Both the position numbers and the translations under genes were made by a program. The notes under the pieces are model-generated. The model searched no databases, was not told the origin of the DNA, and saw nothing but the letters and a program-made list of their open reading frames with translations. A stretch of 64,000 bases of DNA from assembly GCA_964057225.1 (NCBI GenBank), contig OZ059898.1, positions 13,516,001 to 13,580,000 of the forward strand, read 5' to 3'. Positions 38,840-64,000 of the stretch are shown one piece after another (positions within the stretch are counted from its first letter, which is position 1; every line of letters begins with the position of its first letter). The DNA is from Auanema rhodensis (Eukaryota; Animalia; Nematoda).

Positions 38840-41090
38840 ACCTTGGATAAGAAAATACAGTTATTTAAACAATAAGAATTGAATTACCTGTCCACGGGTT
38901 CTTGAACTATGGTAGAACCAATGAACAAAACGTGGATTTAAGGGATATTATTACCTATAATTGTGGATTAATTAGAAAAACTATTAATATAATGAAAGAA
39001 AGAATATTAAACAGCGATTGATAGCATGGATGAAAGTTAAAATCGATAGCACAATCGTAGAAGAGCGGCACGTTTTTTAATTTTAAACGAGAGGTCGAAA
39101 GTTTACAGCTTGTAAACAACGTGCAGTGTAAAGATTCAATTCACGGAACGAATAAATTTTGAATGCGAATTATTGAAATAGATGTAACGAGAAAAAGAAT
39201 TTTATAGTACAAACCCGGTTTTTCGAGATTGTGTTGACCAAAATAGAAATGGCCAAAAATATTTGTCTTTTTTTTCTTTGAAGGAAATATGAATATAATT
39301 AAAAAATATAAGGAATTCGTTATCACAAGCTTGAGAAATCCAGTTCGATATTTTGTCAATCTTTTATTAAGTGGTCGTAGGACCTTCATAGATTCTCCCT
39401 TGTTTGATGTGATGAGCCATTTTTGACAAATTAGGAAATGCTACCTTGTTATTGTATCTTAGCGAAATTTCTAGAAAAAATGAATAGCTGATCGAAAAAA
39501 CTGAGTCTGGTTTAGAAAATTCGTCACAGTTGTCCGGAAATGACCGTTTGAAATAGATAAATAGATATGACTCAACTTTGGCTCCGACTGAACAAGAAAG
39601 CCAATTCTAATTATTCCCTTTTGTGTTTGCATTTTAAGTGCAGTGAAAGAGGTCTGATGAAATCTTCAGTCTTGTGTTCAAGCAAGGTTTTCGACGACTT
39701 CTCCAAAAAAGATATTTTCGGAGTGTTAAGGTTAGCACTTCTAGCACATGTCCACTTTATTAAATAAAAATATCTGAATGAACTTCGAAGGAAGTTCCGT
39801 TTTAGAAAAACCGATCAATGTTAACATAAAGACTGAAGCTTTTCACAAAAGTTTTCGTGGTACTTCAGTCAAAATTAGCAGACAATAGACATAGCATAAA
39901 CACCGAAAAACTAAATGTCTTAGTATGGTCTTATATAGTATTCGGAGAAAATAGTCGAAGTGAATATAAATGTCAAATTTCACCAATTTCAACAATTAAA
40001 ATAGAAAGGACGTTTGAAGTTTGTTGGCTGATCCACATAAAGCATCAGTTTCACTTCGTTCTCGCGACATAGACTGAACACCCTAGTCAGCCGAATAAGT
40101 ACCGTAATTCCCTTGTTCGATATTATACATATATTAGACAATTACACGTTTCTTTAAAAGTTAATCAATTGATTTACAACTTGATTTACCATGTGTTTTT
40201 TTACTTTTCGAATTTTAAAACTGTAGCGTTTCTAAGCGCTAAGATTAGGTGATTAATTTAATGTCTTCAGTTTTCATAAAGTTTTCTCGGCAGTAATTAT
40301 AATTTAAAATCAATGAAAAACACAAAAGATTAACTAAAAAGTCGCTATTGTTTTCGGTTAAACACATTTATATGTTGTATGGTGTTAAAGTCAGCAGTGC
40401 TAAGAACACAAAGAGTACTCGAGAAAGCGGCTTGAAGTTTTGAATACAATTGGTATTAAGGCTCGACACACAAGTAAGAAATAGTTTATCGGCTGGCTCA
40501 TTTCTTCTCTTGCGTTTTCCATTCATCACTCTCTGTCGTGGTCAATCAGTCGGTGTCAGTAAGCCAGTCATCTTCTAGGCGAAGGATCATACACAGAATC
40601 TGTTGATGTTACACGAGACCATGGGAAAGACAATTCGAGAAAATGAGATTAAAGAAATGGTGAAAGTGAGTGAAAGAGCAACAGAGTTTGACAGAAGAGG
40701 AAAGCCCTGAAGACACTGTTTACAAATGGGCGGAGAAGCAGCTGGAGTAGCACCGGTGTCCTATGGTCATCATCATCATCATCATGGTCGTTTGTTGAAA
40801 AACTGTGACCCCTGAGGGCACATATCTCTCGTCGTTGCTCTCTTATGTCTAGCATGAGCACATATCTAGTTTTTCTTCTTGACATTCTTAGTCACCTGGA
40901 GTTGTCCGCCTCCTAATGACAGACAGTCTGTTGATGGATTCACTATGGAGTGGTCTAGTCTCATACAGAGCACAAAACTCTTCCTCATTATATTTCAGTT
41001 TATACTACTTGTGTTTTTCTTTAACATTTATCTGAACTCTTTTAACACTCTGTAATTTAAATAAACTGATTGATTTCAGAAAAATCAAAG

Positions 41091-44000
41091 ATGCGGTACC
41101 TACCGCTTCTTTTGTCACAGGTATTCAAAGTTCTTCTCCTTTAATATTTGTAGTAAAAGTTTTAGATTTTTCTAATATATTGCGTGTCAGCTAAATTAGA
41201 ATGCGATCCTACCTCGAATACAAAGAAGCCAGATCCCTCCAATCCAGAATCCTATCTGTATTGTAATCTAGAAGGGTATGCACATATAAACACAACTCTA
41301 ATTTTCAACCAATTTTTCAGCTTCTTCACAAAACGAAAATGTGTATTAGGGAAAATTTTTGACAGTGAATCAGGGAATTGTATAGCTCTTCATCAATCTG
41401 ATTCTCCTGACAATGATGAAGAAGATCCGTTATCAAAGCCATTCTATCAAGCTCCAGGTAATACTATTGTGTTTGAACATAAATAAACAATAACTTATGG
41501 TTTAAGATGATCTTTGTGGAGGTGGAATTCCACTTACCATTCTTTCTGCTCCGGTAGTTTGTAACCCAAGCATCAGCAGTTGTCCTGATGGTATGTAGTA
41601 TTTTATGTACTTTCTTGAGAATTCATCAAATTTAAACCTGTTTCTCAAAACATTTGTGAATTTATTTCGTCAATATCTAGTTAGTAAATATAAACAGTTC
41701 TTTTCTATATCAGGATACGTTTGCCGAATGTATGAAAGAACCGGAACATCATACTGTTGTCAAGGATCACCAAGCTCCTCATTAGGATCGTCTTCATCTT
41801 CTAACTCCATGTGCGCCAAAGGGCAGGTCACATATTTTGAGGTAATCAACGTACTTTTCTCAATCACATATCTTTCAAGAAGTTTCCGTTCTTGCACATT
41901 ATTTCATCATTAGACGTTGTTGAGCAACAAAAATATCATCATTATGAGTCTGACAACCATGAAGAAACGTTTTCATTGTTTACTCCAATTATCCTTTAAG
42001 GAAATTTGATCATTCTAGTTTTCATCTGGAAATATGTCTTTCTCCTTAAATCTTAACCTCAACACCGTCTTCTTCGTCTTCTTCTCGATGCTATCTCTCT
42101 TAAATTCTTTGTTTGCTTTTTCTTCTCTGTTGACCGTTCACATGTCCAATACACAACGGAACACAAACATTCAATTCATATAGAAATTGCAGAAAATAAT
42201 TGTTTGACCTTTTTTGGATCATTTAAAAAATATGTCAAACAGCCTGGAGCAAACTAGAATGTATAAATACCGAAATGATTAATATGAGAAACCTTTACAG
42301 CATGAAACCGGAAAGCCAAAATCTTGCGTATTATCTGATGAATCTACCTGTCCAACAGGCTTCACTTGTAATATTATTGGTGGAACAACAACCAGGTGTG
42401 TACTTTGTTCTCTTTAGTCTTCTCTAAATAATCCAAATGAAACTGTCGAAGGTTACTTCACGGCTTGTGCACATTATCACCTTTCTTTCTATTTTAATCT
42501 AAAAACAAACAGTTGTTGAGAAAAAAATATGATAATTTTGTTACATATAAAGCAAAAACAATTTCAATATTTAGATGTTGCGCCAAAGATTCGGGCTGTC
42601 CTTTCAACACAGCACCATTCTTACGCTCTAAGTCGTCCTCCCCTACTGAGTGCTCTCCGTCCAAGAAGAGGTGACAACTTATATTCATCTCAAATTTTCT
42701 AATTCGCATACACTTGTGATTGAATTGAAACTTAAAGCCTCGTTCTGCCTTCATTTGCTTCTTTATTCCAGTTCGTGTCAAAACGGCTTCTCATGCGTTC
42801 GTAGTTCAACTCTCAATAAACATATTTGTTGTTCTAACCCGAATGATCAAGATTCAGATGGTGAGTCATGATTTTTAATCGAATTTTTATTTGATAATCT
42901 GATAATGATGTTACTATCATTTTCTGTGTATCACTGAGTCACATATAACATTTTGAGACAAATAAAACTACTTCACAGACTCCAATGATTTCAGCTGAAT
43001 GTCCAAATGGAGAATCTGCACTACCTGGAATTTGCTCAAAGTCTCAACCATGTCCACTTGGTCATGCTTGTAAGGATGGGAAATGCTGTCCTTCTACAGG
43101 TACATATATCTAGGTTGTTTGTGTTCCTAACTAACTTTTAAAATATTCTCAGAAGCTTGTCCGGCTGGTAGCCCACTAGGAGGTGGACCAAGCAGTTGCA
43201 GTGATACCAATCCATGTCGGGATGGATATGAATGTGTAACCAATGATTCAACACAATATTGTTGTCCATCCAGAGGTAAATTTCAACTTCAAATAAAATA
43301 TATAACTTTATGTCGAGAAAGCAACCGCTTTCACGAACATCACCAGTGCGAATAATAGCGCACAACCGTATTTTCTTACCTTGAATTTTCATTAGAAGCG
43401 GTTGTTTTTTCCATTTAGCAAAAGCCACTAACATGCTACCAATTCAAAAACTTCGTTTTTTATTTGGTTCTGATGTACTATTCCTATTATAGAAAAAGTA
43501 TGTGCATTGCCAAAACACACCGGAGTCGTATGTGCATCTTCTCGTTCCCCTGTTAATCGTTACTATTTCGATATTACAACCGGAGCATGTCGATCGTTCC
43601 GATTCACGTAAGTCTTGAAATCAAAGTAATTAATCTATTGATATATTTTAGACAATGTGGCGGAAATATAAACAATTTCAATAGTCTAGAAGAATGTGAA
43701 GGCTTTTGTGTAGACAGTCAATGCAAGAATGGACAAGCTTATAGAATAGGGGCAATAAATGCGGGGTGTGATGTAACAAGTATAAGCACTTGCCCCAGAC
43801 AGCACGTTTGTGAAAGCCCTCTGTTTGGTACAAATCCAATTTGTTGTCCTAGTGCTGGTATGTTTCTATATATTATTCAAAATTTAGAAACAATTTTTTA
43901 GAGTTAACATGCAATGAAATGGTATCAGCAGGTACACCATGCTTTGGACGTTCAATTACCATTCAGCGCTACTATTTTAATCCTATGACCAGGTACTGAA

Positions 44001-47000
44001 GCATTATAATGTATCTAAAAACTGTTTTATATTAGAAAGTGCCAATCGTTCCAATATTATGGATGCAACGGCAATGGAAATAACTTTGGATCTATGAAAG
44101 AATGCCAAAATCACTGTTTGAATGCTGTAGATAACGGTTTAATTCTTATCGTAAAAATTCTTAGTTTAACCTATTGCTTTAGTATGTGGAGGTGTCGCTC
44201 CTCTCTTTGATCCTAATCAGCAACCACAGCGGTGCTCGGAAGATGTTCCATGTCCCTCTGGCTATGAATGTAACGATGAAGATTATTGCTGCCCAACAGC
44301 TAGTATGTTTGAAGCATATTGCTCATTATGTTCTTTTAACAATATAAATTACTTTAGAAGTGGCTTGTAATGCTGTACTTTCACGTGGAAATGTTTGCTC
44401 TGGAACTTCATCAAGAGCAATGTGGTTCTATGATAACGTACAAAGAAAATGTCAACAGTTCAATTATAATGGTTAATCTGAATGAATTAATATTATTAAC
44501 GTAGTAGTTTTAGGGTGTGGAGGAACTCCAAATCGTTTTGTTTCTGCTAAGGCTTGCAATGAATTTTGTGTCCAAACGAGTAACATGCTTGGTTCATGCC
44601 CACGAGGCATGAACGCTCATTTTGACAAGGGTTCGAGTGTACCAAAGGTCTTACCTCCTTTAATTATGAAAATATATTTTTTATGTATTTTGCAGAGTTG
44701 TACTCTTAATATAATGGGAACTTGTCCTTCATCGGCTTCGTGTGTTCGCTCCACTACTAATCAGCCCATTTGTTGTCAGACTGTCACTTCATGCCCTGAT
44801 AATCGAACTCCATATGTTATTCCAGGTTTTTTTTATTGTTGCATATTTTTAAACAACTCCATGTTTAGGCTCCAAAAGCGTTGTAGCTTGTAATCCAGAT
44901 GGAGATGACTGTCCTGATGATAACATCTGTGTTGAGTCCAGGTATAATCTAGTCGTATCAACATAGTTTCTTAAATATATCTTTCAGCACAGCAGCCGGT
45001 TTTCACATGTGCTGCTCATCATCTTCATCTGCAAATCAGCGTCCACCATCACCACGGGGTGGCAAAACTCGGAAAGAGCCCGAAACATTGGCAGCACTTA
45101 TTCGTGGAATTTCTCCCTGTCCACCTACTCTCCAATCTAATGGTCGCACATGCACTGTAAATGGAATTGGTTCGTTTTTAAAAACTTGTTTCTTTCGTTC
45201 ACGCTTCTTTTTAGGAGAATGTCCAAACAATTATATTTGTTTCCGTTCCCTTGGATATGATGAGGGTACATGTTGTCGGACTCCTCCACCAAAATGTGCC
45301 CTAAAAGGTTTCATCCCCGTATTCATTGAGGGCACACAAGTTCAAGTTTGCCAAACAGACTTGGGTGGTTGCCCTCGTGATTCTCGCTGTATGACTTCTA
45401 ATGTTCCTCAATTGGCTATCTGTTGTAAGAAATATGAACCTCCTTCACGCCCAGATAGACAAGTAAAATCGCTTACCAAATCAACTTTTAATTTTTGCTT
45501 ATTTCTGCAGGGAGGCTACAGTAAACAAATGTGTAAGAATGGTTCTCCACCGTTTATGAATGATGGCATAGCTCAAGAATGTAACTTTGTTCATAATACT
45601 TGTCCTATGGGCTACAAGTGAGACTTATTTGATATAATTTTTCTTATTAAATATTTATTAAAGATGCGAGTTTTCCTCTAGCGGTAGAGCTGTATGCTGT
45701 TCTGATTTGGATGATATTCGCTGTCCTGCCGGCTCTTCAGTATTTGAATACGGAGGACGGCCACTGGCTTGTCCACCTGGCAGTACTAAGTACAATATTA
45801 ACATTAAAATACTGAGTACAATATATTATATTCAGATGTCCAATGGGTTATAGTTGTATGCCAAGCTTGAACCCTCAGCATCACTTGTGTTGTTCTTCAG
45901 CTGGATCTAATGTAAAGACGGTACCTCAATGTACTCGAGGAGTTGCTTATGTTATTCCTGGTGAGCTAAGAATTGTTAAAGAAGTATCACAGTTTACAAA
46001 TTGCACTCTTAAGGAACCAACGATCGACAGTATTGCTCTCCGATTTTGAACAATTGTCCGTCTGGCTATCATTGTCTCGATTCTGATCGTCCTGGACAAT
46101 ACATTTGTTGTACACAGGGTGACTTGAATGATCGCTTCAAGGGATTTTGCCCACCACGACAAATTCCTTATGTTTCTCGAGATGGATATCCCCCCACTTG
46201 TCATATGCAATTGAATCCTTGCCCAACGACGGCTCCTTATGTCTGCATTTATTCCCCTGAAAAACAAGTATGCATTTCCATCAGTTATAAAAGTTTTACT
46301 TTACTTCCTAGGATTCTTTCTGTTGTGCCCCAATTGACACCGCTGTCAGAACTTTTATACCTGACAATGCAGCTGCCCGTCCGATGAAGAAAATTGGTGA
46401 GTCACTATTTTTTATCATAAAATTAAAATAGTATTTTCTATAGCTGCTGGACCTGAAGAAGGAAATTATGGTGGTCAACAACTTCCTACTCAAAGCTTCC
46501 CTGGCTTAAATGGAATGACTCAAACATTCCCTGGTGGACCAATCGGGGGAATGGGACCTGTTGGCGTTCCTGATCCTATTCCAGGTGTCAGCTCTGATAA
46601 GGTTTTTTTTTCCAAAAATTTTAATAATATGAGGTACAATTCAGATTTTACCACCTGGATTTAATACGCAGAATACTCATTTTGGAAATGGTGCAACCCC
46701 GGCACCAACACTTCTTAACACTGGAAATATCAACCAGCCGATAATTGGGAAAAATCAACAGCCAATTATATTTAGCATTCAAGGAGGAGGAGATGCTCTG
46801 ACAGATGCTGATTTTAACAGAGCCAATACTCTGAACAAAGGAAGTAATAACCAAAACTATGGAAATAATCATTTAAGCGGAATAGTTACCCAGGTTTTGA
46901 AAAACATTCAAACAGTTTTAACTTCTTGCAATTTTAGTTTAATAGCCTGAGTACAAGTACTCCAGACTCTGTATTTGCTACTGGATGTCCTCTTGGCTCT

Positions 47001-48154
47001 CGCCCACTCGTTAGGACGGATAGAACGGTTGCTGAATGCGCTGAACAACCATGTCCTGAAGGATTTGCATGCGTCTTTGCTGAAGCTGTATGTAATACAA
47101 CCAAATCTCTTTAATGAAATTTCGATTTAGGAGAACAGATTCCAATGTTGCTCGTCATCATCTATAATGCTTGCCTCTAGTTCTAGTTTACCTAAGACGG
47201 AGACACCATCTGTTAGTACTCAGACTGGTGGCGACAACTCTCAGCTCGAATGTCCACCAGGTTTTTACATGATAGATGGAAAATGTCTTAAAGGTGTGAA
47301 TGAAAAACTTTTTTCCGAGTAATGCTTCAAATTGTAGTTCTTTTCGCGGGTCAAAAGGGCTGCTTAAACGATGCACAATGCTCCGCTAAGGAACAAAACT
47401 CAACTTGTGACAGTGGATATTGTGTTTGTCCAATTGACAAGCCTCTTGTACATGGAGGACGTTGTATTTCTTCATGTCCTGAAGGATTCGCTAATATTGC
47501 TGGACGGTATGATGAAAATAGCTTTATGCCAAAAATATAATATCATTATGTTTATAGATGCTATGATCCAACAACTGTAATTTTCATGGATTCAGTTGAT
47601 GAAAGAGGTAATGGTACGATTGGTGGATATTGTTTGGATACTCTGGTTGAAGAGAAAAGGTTTGTCCAACAACCTGGCGCTCTAGAGAGTTTTTCTAAAT
47701 TTAGATGTGATGTTTCCAATTCTTACTGTAGTGAGAAAACAATTACTTGTCAGTGTAAACCAGGATACGATTTGAAGATGGATTTTGCAAACAAAGACGA
47801 CAAGGTGAGACTAATTTTAGAAATTGTTTTTTCTGGTAATACGGCTCTTGTACAGGGTGTTTGCGAAAAGATGGAATCATCGAAGTACAAAAGTGATCAA
47901 CCACTGGCTACTCCACCTCAAATTGATGAAGAGTTGTACTTTATCGATATTGGTAATTATTTTGATATTTTTCTGACATATATATAGGACCAATCATCCT
48001 GTTTTTACAAAGAAAATAATAGTTCAAAGTATTGAAGATGAGATTTTCAGGATCAGCTCCAGCGCTAGAAGTTGGAAACAGTACAGCAAATGATGATGAA
48101 GATCTTAATAAGTATTTGATACAAACTGATGAATTAATCCCAGTGTTTGCATAA
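41091..48154 (+). CDS. Large secreted Cys-rich matrix protein with Kunitz/BPTI domains and lustrin/WR1-type and EB-like modules
   Basis: Signal peptide; at least three Kunitz motifs (RYYF...C..F...[30 protein letters not shown]); many C-x-CP..CC modules; stop at 48152-48154. Confidence 0.85.
43322..43404. mobile_element. Possible tiny MITE-like element in an intron
   Basis: 9-bp perfect inverted ends CAACCGCTT...AAGCGGTTG. The left end matches the dispersed CAACCGCTTTCACG motif. Confidence 0.35.
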
Positions 48155-48866
48155 GCAAAATCGTTATTTCAAATGTTGAAAACTGATGTATTGTCGTTAT
48201 GTATTTATTCGTTGCTTACGAGTAGATAAGTCATTCTTGTGTCTGTATGAAAAGAGATATCTGTTCTACGTGTCATTACCTATTTATTAAATAACTTATT
48301 CAGAGAATCAATGAATATACTATTATTAATTTCTTTGACACCACATAGAAAGAAGCTTTGTGAACAATCTACCACAGAAAGCCATATATGAAATATAACA
48401 AAGGCAATCACCCATGACTAGCAATGGAAACAAAATAAGTGAAGTGATGTGAATTATTAGTATTTTACAAAAGCATACCATGTAAGAACCAAACATATTG
48501 CATCTACACAGGCTATACGAATCGTGTTTCCGTAACAAGATTAACTTAAGAGGAAAATTGTCAATCATAGGTATATAGATATATATTATACTATATAAAT
48601 TATCAAAATGAGATTCGAGTGTATATCACTATATCAATATAAAATCTATGAATATACGGTCTTTCATGTTAAACAGTACTCATAAAATAAGTAGGAAATT
48701 TAAAATAGATTATATTTTCGTACAAAGTTTGTGAAATTCTTATACTCGTGTGGACATCAAAGCACTTTCGTATTGCAGATGCATTAAACTATGGTTAAGA
48801 GGACTAGAGAAGGTATTTGGCATTTGTTCTTCTCCTTCTTCCAAGGAAAATACTTAAAACACTTTT

Positions 48867-51378
<2,512 letters not shown>

Positions 51379-53334
51379 TCTGTTAAACATTACATTTACA
51401 TAGAAACTTGGAAACAATTTTAAAAAAAACAGTTATAGAAATGTATGACACATATATTATGAGAAGAAAAAAGCGTGAGAGAGAAATACAGGACAAAGAG
51501 TGCTGATCAATAGCATCAAAGAAATCCAAACCAGACGAAAGGGTTGTGGCACATGTCAAGGAGCCTAATGAAGTTTAAGGATATTGGTGATGGAACCAGC
51601 ATATCTCTCAAATCTATTCAATTAGGAGGAAATCGCGCCCAAGAGTCAAGGCAAACCAAAAAGCTGTGAACAGGAAGACGCATGAGAGATGGCAATCATC
51701 AGCGACAGTTGTAAGAGAGGGAGTGATGGGGGCGGGCACCAGAAAAGAACGGGAATCCCCTCTTAAACCGTTACAGCCATGAAAGTTTGCGATAATGAAA
51801 GCAATGGATTTCGGAAAACTATGTGGTTCTGCTAATCTGGGTAAAAAGCTTTTGCAGGACGAACACTCATTCGTTTAAACTGGAATTTCCTTTGTTGCCA
51901 AATATCAGTTTACATCGGAACACTTCAAGACGCTATCAATCAATAAATGCTATGGTTAAGAGGGACACACACGCAGGCTTACACTTAAACACATAGCTGA
52001 GCATCCCATTCGTATCGTTCTTATAAACAACTGTTGCCAGCAGTAGAAATAGATTTATAGGCATACAAAGGAATGTCGGTTAATGTAGTAACGGAGCCCG
52101 GTGGGCTCCTGATAAATTGTTAAATAAAGTTGAGCTATGAACGATAGCAATGGATAAAATCAGAAGAATACCCGCAATATTGAGAAATAAAGGACACTAA
52201 GTGATTATACACGAACAATCGATGACAATTCTTTGCGTGGGCGACGATATCATTGGTCAAATTAGAGGCCGCAATCGAGAATATAAGACGTCACCAAGAC
52301 GTGTTTATCATACTGCCGGAGACAAGGACGTTACCCCTCGTTTCTATATATTCGGATAGATCTGAGAAAAAAAATTATATCGAGTATATCTCTCAATATA
52401 TATATATATATAGTTCACATTAGGAAATATGACGAAAAATTAAATGCTGGGAGTAAGATATATAAAGTAAACAAGAATCAAGTTTGTGAATTTGCAAAGA
52501 CATGAAATAGTTTACAAAAAATGAAAAAAAACTTATAGAAATAAAAGAAGATGAAACTAAAAAAGGAGAAAATTAAATGAATATTGTTGATTTCATAGCA
52601 AAAATAGTTGATAGTCTTGACAAAAACTGAGTAAATGACAAATGTTAGAGAACAGAATGAATCAGGAATTTAAGGAACAATTTGTGTTTACTGAAAACCG
52701 GCCCCGTTTGACAGATAAAGCTAATGATAAGAAAATGATACGAAAGAAATTATAGGGCAGCCTTATGATTCTTCATCGGCATCCATTGAAGGATGTACAT
52801 GAAATGGGCGTGGTTGGGTCAACCAGGAATACTGAGATATCCTATTTTTCGAAAGCATACACTTTCTCCTTTATGATTCTAGTCAATATACAATCTATAA
52901 TACTTTCAACAAATATGAAAGCCATATACCAAATTTTATAAAATATATAAGATCGCAAAGTTAGCAAAACAATGTTATCAAATACTGGTTAGGGATCCTT
53001 TGCGCGGACGCTAATTAATAAAGCGCGCTCTATTGCTAATTTTTTGGTTTGGTTCACTTTATGCCGTTTCGTACGAATCTTCAAAAAGCTTTTGAAATAC
53101 GATATACTGAATCTAATTTTTTTGAGTAGGTTCCTTGAAATATTTAATATTTATTCAAATTTAATTTTTAAAAGTTAATTAAACTGGTTTTCAATGTATT
53201 TTTAATTATTTTGTTATGGATTAATGACTTGTTCCCGCTCACAGTTCGCGTATGTTCATAATATTATGAAAATATGGATATTATCATTTAACTAATTTAT
53301 TTTTTTATTATATATTTTTTCTTTTTAGGTTGTA

Positions 53335-60591
<7,257 letters not shown>

Positions 60592-61169
60592 ATAATCATC
60601 TTCGATATTTTGTTATTTTTGTTTATTAAAAAAAAACTTTCCGTTCTGTTTATGTCGATACGCTGGAGAATTTATTTATTAAAGAGTAATGATCATTCAA
60701 CAAAACGTGTTATGTTAAAGTTGTTTCAAATACGATTTGCTGTGTTGTATAGTTCTGGTTATTGTGCATTTCGTTGTTTCTGTCACTATTTTAATTACTT
60801 GAGAAATGAATATCATTTGTTAATTAGTTTCTTTCTAAAACGTAAAGAGTAACAGTTTACAAATTAATAAATTTTACTGTCTAAAATATAAAACTGGTAG
60901 TTGGCCTTTTGTCACTCTTTGTCATACGTAAAATGGTGATATATAGTTTACTCATTTTTTCCATACTAGCTACTCTTATGTGTCTTGTTGTGTTTTAAAC
61001 AAGCAAATTGAAAGAGTAAATCAGGGTAAAACATTTATTATCCTGACAGTTCGTTGTTTAAAAAATAGCTAAACAACCGTGAACACGTATAACATACAAA
61101 TTGTGTGAAAATCGGGCTAAAATGAGATCGTATGCTACAGAAAAATGTTAGTCTTCGTTGTATACATCT

Positions 61170-64000
<2,831 letters not shown>

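Noticed and set aside
39141-40885. Short ORFs between the importin-7 and Kunitz genes
   Set aside because: No homology cues; probably a divergent promoter region.

Overview
AT-rich eukaryotic DNA with dense, short (~45-60 nt) introns and TTTCAG-type trans-splice acceptors just before start codons. The gene content points to a nematode, probably a rhabditid (inference). The first ~20.6 kb is a very AT-rich accessory region. It holds a small secreted Ig-like protein gene, an OCR-type TRPV channel, a His-rich secreted peptide gene, and a transposon-littered array. The array has six intact copies of an 86-aa, 10-Cys secreted peptide gene in three head-to-head inverted pairs (missed by the ORF track because of introns), two serpentine chemoreceptor copies, and mariner and Merlin debris. 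The rest of the window is compact and gene-dense: a secreted Thr-rich protein, an nAChR alpha subunit (acr-6-like), an Srsx-like GPCR, importin-7, eEF2 kinase, a Kunitz/Cys-rich matrix protein, pak-1, ama-1 (RPB1) and the 3' part of mcm-3. The most striking architecture is a 2.28-kb intronless eEF2 kinase coding exon on the same strand inside the first coding intron of importin-7. It has an in-frame acceptor that would let both proteins share the same first coding exon, resembling the unc-17/cha-1 arrangement. A candidate intronic H/ACA snoRNA lies in mcm-3. All gene models were assembled by eye, with no database searches.
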